Under the pieces are notes generated by a model. It worked only from the letters and a program-made list of their open reading frames with translations, had not been told where the DNA came from and ran no database searches. A DNA stretch of 64,000 nt, taken from the IMG/VR virus record IMGVR_UViG_3300026549_000070. One strand, written 5' to 3'. Below, in pieces: positions 10,507-18,727 of this stretch. Positions within the stretch are counted from its first letter, which is position 1. Each line of letters starts with the position of its first letter. Both the position numbers and the translations under genes were made by a program. The DNA is from a virus. Its lineage: Duplodnaviria; Heunggongvirae; Uroviricota; Caudoviricetes.

Positions 10507-12594
10507 ATGGAAATAAAGATTGAGGATGTTAAAGGCAAGAAAGTCCGCTATGTTGAAATGGCAGACGGTCGTAAATTGCCACATATGACTGAGTCAGCAC
10601 TTCGTATGCCCAACTCAACATATAAATTACTTTCTGAGTCAGAATTGTCTACAAGCTTAAGAGAGTCAATTTCAAGAAAAGTCAAATCAACACACTTTAC
10701 AGAATCAGATAACGATGGAGCATTAAAAGCTGCTATTCGTATGCGTGAAAGCGCAACTGAATCTGATAAGAAAGAGTTTGATAAGATCATCAAAAAGCTT
10801 CGTGAAGGTTCTGCATCAACCGAAAGAAAACTTTGGAAGTTTCCTATTTCAAGATTTGGTAATGTAAACGGCAATGGTCGTGTTTACACAAGGGAATTGT
10901 GGGAAAATGTTATCAACAATCAGAGAGACAACTGGGTAGGTTCTTATGGTCTTGCAGATCATCCTATGGACGATTGTGACCCAGGCCAATTCAAGAATGC
11001 GGCAATCGTATGGCTTGATATGATGATTGATGATGCAAACAAATTGATTTGGGCTATTGGTACATTCGTTGGTACTTATGGTCGTTTGGCACAGGAAATT
11101 ATTGAAGCAGGTGGCCGCGTAGGTTTCTCTTCTTCAGGTTTTGGTGAAACACTTTCGGATAAGAAAACAATCAACCCTGAGACTTACATTCTTGAAAGAC
11201 CAGCCGACATTGTTACTAATCCATCACAATCTGTATTCGGCGATGCATCTAATGAATCATACAACCCAGGAAATGTTGAGTACACAAAACAAACTAGAGA
11301 ATCAGTTGAAGCAACTTCAAACTTGAGAGAAGGCGCTCCAAGATCAAATATTTTAAGAGGAAAACAGATGAACACAGTAGACGCAGTTAAAATGGACGAA
11401 GGCAAAAAGCCTAATGTAGGACCTGTCGCTATTGATAAACTTACAAAGAAAGTTATCGAGAAGCAGGTAGAATCAATGATGAACGACACAGACAAAGCAA
11501 CTAACCCTGCTTCAAAATTGTCTGAAGTAAATGAACTCTTGTCAATGGTTCGTGAGTCAAATGATGAAGACCTTATTGCTAAGGTTGAAGAAAAATTAGT
11601 TGCAACTCGTGATGAATTGTTCGCTCTTTGCGAATCTGCATCAAAAGTTCAGAATGAGTTCGGTGACTTGAATGAGTTTGCTGAAAACACAAAGAAAGCA
11701 GTTGTAACTGGCAAGTTGCTTGCTGAACAGGTTGACGACTATAAAACACTTTGTGAAGGACTTGAAGAAAAAGTTCAGAGCCTCAGCAAAGAAAACAACA
11801 TCTTGAAAGCAAAACTCGCAATCAAAGAAAATAAAGAAAAGACTGCTGCTGAAGCTGCTAAAATCCGTGAAAACGAAGATAAAAAAGCTGCTGAAGAAAA
11901 AGCTAAAAAAGATAAAGAATGTGAAGATCTCAAAGAAATGGTTGCTAAACTCAACAAAGCAAACCGCAAACTTGAGTCTGAAAATGGAGTATTACATACA
12001 CGCGGCAACCACGCTCTTGCTCAGATAAAAACATTGAAAGAAGCAGTTGCTTCTGCACAGGCTGAGGTTGAAGCTGCTAAAGCTGAAACAAAGAAAATGG
12101 CAGAAAGCCGCAATGAATATCGTCAGCAGACAATCCGTCTTCAGACAAAACTCCGTGAATCTGCTTCAATGCTTGATGCTGCAAAAGTTGAGTTTGAAGA
12201 ATATAAAGAAGCGCATCAGGAAAAGATTTCATTCAAACCTGCTGAAAAAGACTATGTTGGCAAATATTTGAATATGCGCGAAAACCGTGGTCTTGATGTT
12301 GAAAACTATTGGAATGACTTGGTAACTCAGTTTGGTGAGTCTGTTCTTCCATTTGAACGCCAGATACGTGGTGCAAAAACATATAATGAAGCATTTGCTG
12401 CATTTATGAAATATCGCAACCGCATCGATGAATCCGCTGGTGCTGCAGCTGCTGCAACAATCGACCCAAGTGTTTCTTCTTTGAAAGAAAGAAAAACAAT
12501 TCTTGAGGAAGCAGGAATGCAGAAAATGAGTGAAGACCTTGATGACATCAACGCTCTCGAACTTGAAAGAATGAAGAAAATGGGATTGATGTAA
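10507..12594 (+). CDS. coiled-coil protein (695 aa), possibly a scaffolding or prohead core protein; the N-terminal domain function is unknown
   Basis: About 230 aa of E/K-rich heptad-like sequence in the C-terminal half. RBS gggagaaaaaaatg. Followed by a rho-independent terminator. Confidence 0.4.
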   Translation: MEIKIEDVKGKKVRYVEMADGRKLPHMTESALRMPNSTYKLLSESELSTSLRESISRKVKSTHFTESDNDGALKAAIRMRESATESDKKEFDKIIKKLREGSASTERKLWKFPISRFGNVNGNGRVYTRELWENVINNQRDNWVGSYGLADHPMDDCDPGQFKNAAIVWLDMMIDDANKLIWAIGTFVGTYGRLAQEIIEAGGRVGFSSSGFGETLSDKKTINPETYILERPADIVTNPSQSVFGDASNESYNPGNVEYTKQTRESVEATSNLREGAPRSNILRGKQMNTVDAVKMDEGKKPNVGPVAIDKLTKKVIEKQVESMMNDTDKATNPASKLSEVNELLSMVRESNDEDLIAKVEEKLVATRDELFALCESASKVQNEFGDLNEFAENTKKAVVTGKLLAEQVDDYKTLCEGLEEKVQSLSKENNILKAKLAIKENKEKTAAEAAKIRENEDKKAAEEKAKKDKECEDLKEMVAKLNKANRKLESENGVLHTRGNHALAQIKTLKEAVASAQAEVEAAKAETKKMAESRNEYRQQTIRLQTKLRESASMLDAAKVEFEEYKEAHQEKISFKPAEKDYVGKYLNMRENRGLDVENYWNDLVTQFGESVLPFERQIRGAKTYNEAFAAFMKYRNRIDESAGAAAAATIDPSVSSLKERKTILEEAGMQKMSEDLDDINALELERMKKMGLM

Positions 12595-12610
12595 TCCTGA
12601 AATAATCAAA

Positions 12611-12644
12611 GCCCATTCCACTTCGGAGTGGGCAATTTTCTTTT
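12611..12644 (+). terminator. rho-independent terminator
   Basis: gcccattcc-acttcg-ggagtgggc hairpin followed by aattttctttt. Confidence 0.6.
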
Positions 12645-12655
12645 AAGGGGATCAT

Positions 12656-13087
12656 ATGAACGGAGAATTGACAAACCTTCTTGAAGGTATAGAAACAGCA
12701 AATAAGCTTGAAGAAAAAGCAGGAATTGTCAGCGGTCTTGCAAAAGCTGCAGGCGCTGCAGTAAAAGGTGCTGTGAAAAATGCTGGTCACGCAGTTAGAG
12801 CAGGTGTTCAAGGCGCTTATAATTCTGCAAAAGCAGGTCTTCAAAATGCTGCTAATAACATACAGCAAAAGCAAGCAGGCAAAGATCTTGATAATAAACT
12901 TGAAAACTTAGCAAACAGCTTATCAAGTCTTCTTACTAGTACTGCTGCAGGAGATGTTCAGAAAGACGCTGATAAAGCAAAAGCTGCAAGTACTGAAGCT
13001 AATAATGTTAAGAGAAATGCCAATAAAGAACTGCAAAATGCAGAAAAAGAGGCTAATGATGGCGGAGATAAGGGGGCTCAGGTATAA
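12656..13087 (+). CDS. Ala/Lys-rich low-complexity protein (possible internal virion or DNA-associated protein)
   Basis: ORF with RBS aaggggatcatatg; composition is A/K/G/N-rich. Confidence 0.45.
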   Translation: MNGELTNLLEGIETANKLEEKAGIVSGLAKAAGAAVKGAVKNAGHAVRAGVQGAYNSAKAGLQNAANNIQQKQAGKDLDNKLENLANSLSSLLTSTAAGDVQKDADKAKAASTEANNVKRNANKELQNAEKEANDGGDKGAQV

Positions 13088-13701
13088 TGATTGATACTTC
13101 ATTTGAGAAAGCGTTATTTGAAAATGCTCCAAAAGATCCTGTTCAGCAAGCTGCTGAAAATGCAGAAGCTGCTAACAAAGCATCTGCACAAGCACACAAA
13201 GATGCAAACAAAGCTCAAGCAAACTCTAATGCAGCAAACAATTTAGCTGCAGAAGTTTTGGGACTTAAACAAGGCGCAACATTAAAACCTGCTGATGTTT
13301 TAGCAAAGTTGAAAGCAGATCCTTCAATACTTGATAAGATTGCAGGAAATGGAAATCTTTTAGGATTGTTGAAAACTTCTAAAGAAAACATTCTTGCATT
13401 AAAGAATGCTCCAATGTTAAAACCTGAAGAAACTCAACAGAATGATTCTGAGTCTGCACAAACAAATCAAGGCGAAGCTGCACCAGCAACAAACACAGAA
13501 GGTCAGCCAGAAAATGCTGAAAATGCTCCCGCTCCAGATGGTTCACAGCCTCAACCACAACCTGCACAGCCACAGCCTGAACAACCTCAGGGAGATGCAA
13601 GTAAAGTAACTGCTGCAGATCAAAACTTGCTTAATACAAGAATACTTAAAAACTGTTCACCACAAGATCTTATTGCATATTTACAACAGCAACAAAAATA
13701 A
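13087..13701 (+). CDS. Ala/Gln/Pro-rich low-complexity protein
   Basis: ATGA start overlaps the previous gene. Contains PQPQPAQPQPEQPQ repeats. Confidence 0.45.
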   Translation: MIDTSFEKALFENAPKDPVQQAAENAEAANKASAQAHKDANKAQANSNAANNLAAEVLGLKQGATLKPADVLAKLKADPSILDKIAGNGNLLGLLKTSKENILALKNAPMLKPEETQQNDSESAQTNQGEAAPATNTEGQPENAENAPAPDGSQPQPQPAQPQPEQPQGDASKVTAADQNLLNTRILKNCSPQDLIAYLQQQQK

Positions 13702-13710
13702 ATCTATAAA

Positions 13711-13736
13711 GGCGAGCTTCCTGCTCGCCTTTTTTG
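13711..13736 (+). terminator. rho-independent terminator at a convergent gene junction
   Basis: ggcgagc-ttcct-gctcgcc followed by tttttt. Confidence 0.65.
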
Positions 13737-13764
13737 ACCTCCAATAAACCTCCGAAAAATTACT

Positions 13765-14418
13765 TTAGTTTATAACTTTAGGGCTAAAAGCAACTTTCTT
13801 TGGTTCAAAAGAAATCTTTACAGTGCCATTCTTGAACTCAACAGTTGACTGTTCAATGTCGTAACGGTCACGGTCGACATAGAATGGACAAGTGTGATCT
13901 TTTACAACAAACTTCTGGTAGTCGTAAATGATCGCCTTTTCAACTTTTGGCTCTTCTTTCTTGTCCTCATCGTCATCTTCTTTTTCAGATTCCTTAACCT
14001 CAGTTAAGCCAGACTTGAGAATAAGATTGATGTAAGATGGATTGTTTTCGTCTACAGCAAATGAAACATTTTTAGGGTCATAGCCTGCGATTGCAAACTC
14101 ATAAACCTTTCTTTTGTTTTCATCAGTGTAAATGTTACAAGGAGGATAATTACTGCCAACAAGACTTGATGGCGCATTAGAACGACCTGATGAGTATGTG
14201 CGAACAATAGTCTTTCCAACTTTGTTGCCATCATCATCAAGAATGTCTTTCTGATAAGTACGAGTTCCTTCAGGACACTCACCTGTCATCAAGGCATTCA
14301 AAATCTTTTCTCCAAAAAGTGGAGAACCAAAGACTCCCAAACCAGGGACGTCAAAATCCAATGATCCACGCATAGTGCGATCTCCTATAAAAATATATTC
14401 TATCCGCTTTCGCGGCAT
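13765..14418 (-). CDS. Hsp20/alpha-crystallin-like small heat-shock protein (tentative)
   Basis: C-terminal region EFAIAGYDPKNVSFAVDENN...VEFKNGTVKISFEPKK resembles the alpha-crystallin domain ending (AxxxNGVLxIxxPK). Confidence 0.35.
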   Translation of the reverse strand: MPRKRIEYIFIGDRTMRGSLDFDVPGLGVFGSPLFGEKILNALMTGECPEGTRTYQKDILDDDGNKVGKTIVRTYSSGRSNAPSSLVGSNYPPCNIYTDENKRKVYEFAIAGYDPKNVSFAVDENNPSYINLILKSGLTEVKESEKEDDDEDKKEEPKVEKAIIYDYQKFVVKDHTCPFYVDRDRYDIEQSTVEFKNGTVKISFEPKKVAFSPKVIN

Positions 14419-14501
14419 AGTTGCAAAATGAAGGCCAAACCGAGCCGAAGCTCGCGTTTGGTACTGTTATCCATTTAGTATATTTTACAAAAATGTAGGC
14501 T

Positions 14502-15179
14502 TTATTGTTGTCCCATTGCAGCAAGTGCAAGTGTTGCAGTATCAACTGGGTCCTGATCTTCGTACTTGTCAGTCATATCAGAAGAGTTCTTTTCTGCAAT
14601 ACCATTTCTTGACAACTGACCGAGCTGGAATGCGTATTGGTTCCAACTGTCAATCAATCTTCTGAACAATGAAACTTTTGCATCAGCAAGTTGGATTCTT
14701 GCTTTGAAGTCTGCAACTTCTTTTGTATATTTTGCAATAATCATATACTCGATTTCAGTGTCCTTAAACCACTTTGCTCGAGCATCTTCTTTCTTGTTTA
14801 CCTCCATACGGATTTCAAGAAACTTTTTTGCGTGCCATTCTGCATAAGATTCTTTCGCAGTGTTCCAAGCCCATCGAGCCTGTTCATAAAGAGCAGTCAA
14901 TGCCATTGTGACATGCTCGTGCTGCATAATAGCTTTATCAATTAAAGGTAACGGAGGAGACGAGTTTCCATCAAAGAGCAGCTTTTGGTCCATTTTTGTA
15001 ACTTGTTCAGAAACAAACTTAATAAGCTGATCTTCATAGAAGTTCATTACTCCTGAAATGCTTGTATCATTTATGTCTGCTTCTGCTGAGCCAATACCAT
15101 CATCTGCAGGTTGATACAAAGTTTGTGGAGCTTCTTGTGTATTTACCGTCTCTTCTTTTTCAACGATAGTTCTTCCCAT
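14502..15179 (-). CDS. hypothetical protein (225 aa)
   Basis: Minus-strand ORF in an operon with its neighbours. Confidence 0.45.
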   Translation of the reverse strand: MGRTIVEKEETVNTQEAPQTLYQPADDGIGSAEADINDTSISGVMNFYEDQLIKFVSEQVTKMDQKLLFDGNSSPPLPLIDKAIMQHEHVTMALTALYEQARWAWNTAKESYAEWHAKKFLEIRMEVNKKEDARAKWFKDTEIEYMIIAKYTKEVADFKARIQLADAKVSLFRRLIDSWNQYAFQLGQLSRNGIAEKNSSDMTDKYEDQDPVDTATLALAAMGQQ

Positions 15180-15188
15180 AATGATATA

Positions 15189-15545
15189 TTAACATTTTTT
15201 GCCGCGCTTCATTGATGCAATACGCATCTTAATAAAGTCATCTTCATCACGAAGTCTTTTCTCGTATCTTCCGCAAGCGCATTTTCCTTCACTGTCACGC
15301 AAACGGAAATCTTTACACATACAAGTGTTTGATTTATTTGTTAAGCAGTGATGATTGCTTTCAACAAACAAAGGCTTAAACTTGGCTTCATCTACAATGT
15401 AAACACCGTACTTATCTTCAAGAAAGATGTCAAGCTGACTTTCAGTTGTTGGAGGAGTTATCAACTCTTTGAGCAAATACCCGCCGTACTGATTTCTTTC
15501 TTCCTGTTCTCGTTTCTCTTTATCAGTCATTTTCTCTTTAGCCAT
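15189..15545 (-). CDS. hypothetical Cys-rich protein (118 aa)
   Basis: ORF with a Cys cluster CLTNKSNTCMCKDF...CACGRYEK. Confidence 0.4.
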   Translation of the reverse strand: MAKEKMTDKEKREQEERNQYGGYLLKELITPPTTESQLDIFLEDKYGVYIVDEAKFKPLFVESNHHCLTNKSNTCMCKDFRLRDSEGKCACGRYEKRLRDEDDFIKMRIASMKRGKKC

Positions 15546-15556
15546 TTTAACACCTC

Positions 15557-15805
15557 TTATTCGTTTTCTGTTTCAATAAACACTGCATCATTGTTTTTAC
15601 CTGCAAGGTAAAGCGTCTTGATGATGTCAGTGAAACTCATCTTATCATTTGTTGAAATAGCATCACCTTCAACTTCCTGAAAGTTGAACTCACGATTTGA
15701 ACTCTCAAAAACTACAGTTGTTCTGTCTTTTGATTTCTTTACTTTAATGTCCATTTGACAGTCCTCCAATAAAAATATTAACATAAATAATAAATAAAAT
15801 ATCAT
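15557..15805 (-). CDS. hypothetical protein (82 aa)
   Basis: First gene of the minus-strand operon; RBS ttggaggactgtcaaatg on the minus strand. Confidence 0.45.
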   Translation of the reverse strand: MIFYLLFMLIFLLEDCQMDIKVKKSKDRTTVVFESSNREFNFQEVEGDAISTNDKMSFTDIIKTLYLAGKNNDAVFIETENE

Positions 15806-15845
15806 TTCTTATTATTTATTATTGTCCAATATAGCTAAAAAAGTG
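15805..15845 (-). promoter_or_regulatory. class II conserved promoter-like element (reverse complement of TTTTTTAGCTATATTGGACAATAATAAAT) driving the minus-strand operon
   Basis: The same 23-nt core recurs at 46769 and 54142 on the plus strand. Confidence 0.45.
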
Positions 15846-15854
15846 GGAAATTAT

Positions 15855-15893
15855 TTGAACTTTGATTTAGTTTCTTTTATATTATTTTTGTAA
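15855..15893 (+). promoter_or_regulatory. class I conserved promoter (TTGAAC-N17-TATATT with CTTTTATATTATT context)
   Basis: ttgaactttgatttagtttcttttatattatttttg. It diverges from the class II element. Confidence 0.55.
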
Positions 15894-15917
15894 AAAACAA
15901 AAAATAGGAGGATATAT

Positions 15918-16124
15918 ATGAGAGCAGTTGTTAAGGTTATGTTGAAAGACAAAGCAGCAAAAAAGATGTTGTCTGTAAAAGACACACTTGAAGATATGTA
16001 CGGCTTGACCGTATCAAAAACAGGCCGTGTTGTTGAAGGTCTTGCTGAGGATCTTGATGACGCTGGCCAGGCTTATTCTGAAATAAGCGAGGCAATGTAC
16101 AATGGCGACACAGAATACATCTGA
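15918..16124 (+). CDS. hypothetical small early protein (68 aa)
   Basis: RBS aataggaggatatatatg located downstream of a class I promoter. Confidence 0.45.
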   Translation: MRAVVKVMLKDKAAKKMLSVKDTLEDMYGLTVSKTGRVVEGLAEDLDDAGQAYSEISEAMYNGDTEYI

Positions 16125-16473
16125 TGATATAAAGACAGTTGACATTCTTGGGTCAACTTGGACAATCAAATATGTCGATGATGACCCTGCTTTTGAACAA
16201 GCGAATGGTATCACAAATGATGCCGCTCGTGAAATTATCATAGAGAATGTCAAAATGACAGATGATCCTCTTGCGTTTGATATGCAGTCACAGTATATCA
16301 ATCAGAAAAGGGTTCTTCGTCATGAATTGATACACGCGTATCTTTATGAAAGTGGTCTTGGCGACAGTTCAAACAGTTGTGATGCTTGGGCTGTAAATGA
16401 AGAAATGGTTGATTGGTTTGCGAGAAACATTCCTAAAATGCTTGCAACCTTTAAGGAGCTGAAATGCTTGTAG
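16102..16473 (+). CDS. putative zinc metallopeptidase-like protein (HExxH)
   Basis: A single HELIH motif (RHELIHAYLYESG). Confidence 0.3.
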   Translation: MATQNTSDDIKTVDILGSTWTIKYVDDDPAFEQANGITNDAAREIIIENVKMTDDPLAFDMQSQYINQKRVLRHELIHAYLYESGLGDSSNSCDAWAVNEEMVDWFARNIPKMLATFKELKCL

Positions 16474-16727
16474 CGAAAATTGTTTACTTCACTTTCGCAT
16501 TTGGAATGGCTTTAATCGACATCTTTTGGTTTACGCAGAAGTTGTCGCAGCAGAAAGTGTGGAATTATCTTATGGGAGTTTTGGGCTTTCTAAAGTTTTT
16601 GCTTATTGCAATGGACTTTGGTACTGAAAACTTTACACCAAAAATGATTCAGGTTATAACTGAGCCACTGTTCGCAGTTTCTGTAGGACTTTGTGCTTGG
16701 TTCTTGTGGAGGACAAAACACCAATGA
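16464..16727 (+). CDS. small membrane protein
   Basis: Two to three hydrophobic helices. Confidence 0.4.
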   Translation: MLVAKIVYFTFAFGMALIDIFWFTQKLSQQKVWNYLMGVLGFLKFLLIAMDFGTENFTPKMIQVITEPLFAVSVGLCAWFLWRTKHQ

Positions 16728-16927
16728 GATTTATCATACCTTATTTTGCAGGTTCGATTTCAACTGCTTTAATAATCGGATGTGTTCTTGGCGCATCTGA
16801 TCCTAATCAATTTGGAATGGGAATTGCTCTTGCAATCATCATAACGGTTGCCGCAATTATTGCTTGTTTCAAAAGACATAAGCGTAAGCAGAAGGAATAC
16901 TACGACCGCTTTAGGAGCAAGAAATGA
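16691..16927 (+). CDS. small membrane protein
   Basis: Hydrophobic helices followed by a basic C-terminus. Confidence 0.4.
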   Translation: MCLVLVEDKTPMRFIIPYFAGSISTALIIGCVLGASDPNQFGMGIALAIIITVAAIIACFKRHKRKQKEYYDRFRSKK

Positions 16928-17289
16928 TTACAATTAAACATCGCGGAGAAGAATTGACTTCCGCGGAATTGAAAGAGATTTATGACAATCTCTTTATTTC
17001 TGAACATGCTCGTGAAAGACTGCGGGAAAGAGTTCATGTTAATATAAAACAGTTGTTTGAGAGTCCACTTGTTGCATATTTCAATACTGATGGTTCAGTT
17101 AATGTGGCTCTTGATGAATACAATTACTTGGTTGTTCAATACTGTGAACATTTCCAAAATTGGAAGGTTGTTACTTGGAAAGAGAAGTCTTGGAACAGTA
17201 AGACAGTTTTTGACAAGCAGCGAATGGCAAAAGCAGGATACGGACGAAAGGTTAAAAATGAAGATAAGATTTGCGTGCCAAAAGCCTGA
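16924..17289 (+). CDS. hypothetical protein (121 aa)
   Basis: ATGA start overlap with the previous gene. Confidence 0.4.
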   Translation: MITIKHRGEELTSAELKEIYDNLFISEHARERLRERVHVNIKQLFESPLVAYFNTDGSVNVALDEYNYLVVQYCEHFQNWKVVTWKEKSWNSKTVFDKQRMAKAGYGRKVKNEDKICVPKA

Positions 17290-17560
17290 GCAGGAAAAGG
17301 AACTCAAACATATTGTTGAAGTTGAGGCAAAGAAACACTTCAAAAGATGGATTTCTTTGTATGGCAATTTTGGCGGTAAAGTCCCTGGTGTAAAGGAAGA
17401 TCATTTCTGTCTTCAACTCGACATTTGGGACAGTGACTTCTTTGATGATTTGCAGCGGGCAAAGCAGGAAATGTACAAAAACGGCAGAGTTATGCTGCCT
17501 GACTTTTTGTCTGATGTCGAGGATAACTTAAGTTTTGTTTCAAAGGTAGGATGTGTATGA
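17257..17560 (+). CDS. hypothetical protein (~101 aa; start adjusted to an internal ATG with RBS gaaagg)
   Basis: The track ORF 17057..17560 overlaps the previous gene in another frame, so its 5' part is probably not coding. Confidence 0.35.
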
Positions 17561-17787
17561 AAAAGATTTTGATTATTTCATTGGTTGCAGTACTTGCATT
17601 GTTTACAAGTTGTACATACATGTCTGAAAAAGATGATGCCACAGGATACTATAACACTCTTTACAGCGGAAGAGTTTATCACAATCAAATTGTTCTTTTT
17701 AATCAGAATGAAAAGATTCTTGAAAATCAGGAACTCATTATTAAACAGAACGAAGAAATATTGAAGGCATTGAATGAAAAGAATTGA
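17551..17787 (+). CDS. small lipoprotein
   Basis: Signal peptide with lipobox LFTSC. Confidence 0.45.
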   Translation: MCMKKILIISLVAVLALFTSCTYMSEKDDATGYYNTLYSGRVYHNQIVLFNQNEKILENQELIIKQNEEILKALNEKN

Positions 17788-17838
17788 CGACATAAAATAT
17801 GTTATTTCTATGGAAGAAACTTTAAGAAAACTTGGATT

Positions 17839-18351
17839 TTGGAAAGGAGACAAATAATGTACGCACCAAAGATATATGTTACCGTGGGAATCTCGGGAGC
17901 GGGTAAGAGTCATTTTGCAAAAAGATATTGTTCTGCTTTTAACGCGGTTGAACTTAATCTTGACAATTTCCGTAAAAAGATAAGCGGAGACATCTCAAAT
18001 CAGAATGTTACTTTCGAAGCAATTAAGCTTCGTGACAAAGAATTGATTGCCCACTTGGCAGGCGGTCACAATGTAATGATTTCTGATACAAACTTGCACG
18101 CAAAAGGCATTAACGATATTGCGAAAAAGTTTCCTTACAATGATGTTGAAGTTTTCTTTATTACCGACTCAGAAAATGTTCAGCTTTGTAAAGACCGCAT
18201 TGCTGATGATCTTGCAAATAAAGTTGACCGCAGTAATGTACCCGATGAAGTTATTGACCATCAGCACGAAAACTATATGAAGATGATGGACGCAACTTTT
18301 GCTGAAAACGTCCACATTCATTTTGTTGATACAAACGGCAAAGTATCTTAA
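17839..18351 (+). CDS. polynucleotide 5'-kinase-like P-loop kinase (T4 Pnk kinase-domain homolog; stand-alone)
   Basis: P-loop GISGAGKS. An exact ISDTNL motif and the NLDNFRKKI region parallel T4 Pnk (GCPGSGKS, ISDTNL, NRDDYRQSI). Confidence 0.55.
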   Translation: MERRQIMYAPKIYVTVGISGAGKSHFAKRYCSAFNAVELNLDNFRKKISGDISNQNVTFEAIKLRDKELIAHLAGGHNVMISDTNLHAKGINDIAKKFPYNDVEVFFITDSENVQLCKDRIADDLANKVDRSNVPDEVIDHQHENYMKMMDATFAENVHIHFVDTNGKVS

Positions 18352-18379
18352 AAGACTAATTTAATCAATAGGAGTTCGT

Positions 18380-18709
18380 ATGAGTGAGAAAAAAGCTCCA
18401 GAAACTCCCGTTGATAAGTACAATAAACTTATTCGGGAAATAAAGCATCAAAAGAAGGTTTTAGAAACTGCTCAACGCAATGTTGAGAAGTCAACTAAAG
18501 CCTTAAATGATTTAATGAAAAAATTGTGGTTTTGTCCTGTCTGTAATAAGCCACAGCTTATCCCAAACAAAAAAGAAATAAAAGAAGTCCTTGAAAGCAA
18601 AATGAATGAAGACGGCACAGATTCTTTCTATAAATGTAGTTATGCTCAATGTTCAATATGTAATAGGTTTGTTCTTATTGGAAAGGACTTTATGGGCGAT
18701 GATGACTAA
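18380..18709 (+). CDS. zinc-ribbon protein (109 aa)
   Basis: CPVCNK...CSYAQCSICNR. Confidence 0.4.
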   Translation: MSEKKAPETPVDKYNKLIREIKHQKKVLETAQRNVEKSTKALNDLMKKLWFCPVCNKPQLIPNKKEIKEVLESKMNEDGTDSFYKCSYAQCSICNRFVLIGKDFMGDDD

Positions 18710-18727
18710 ATACTAGGAGTAGCGAAA

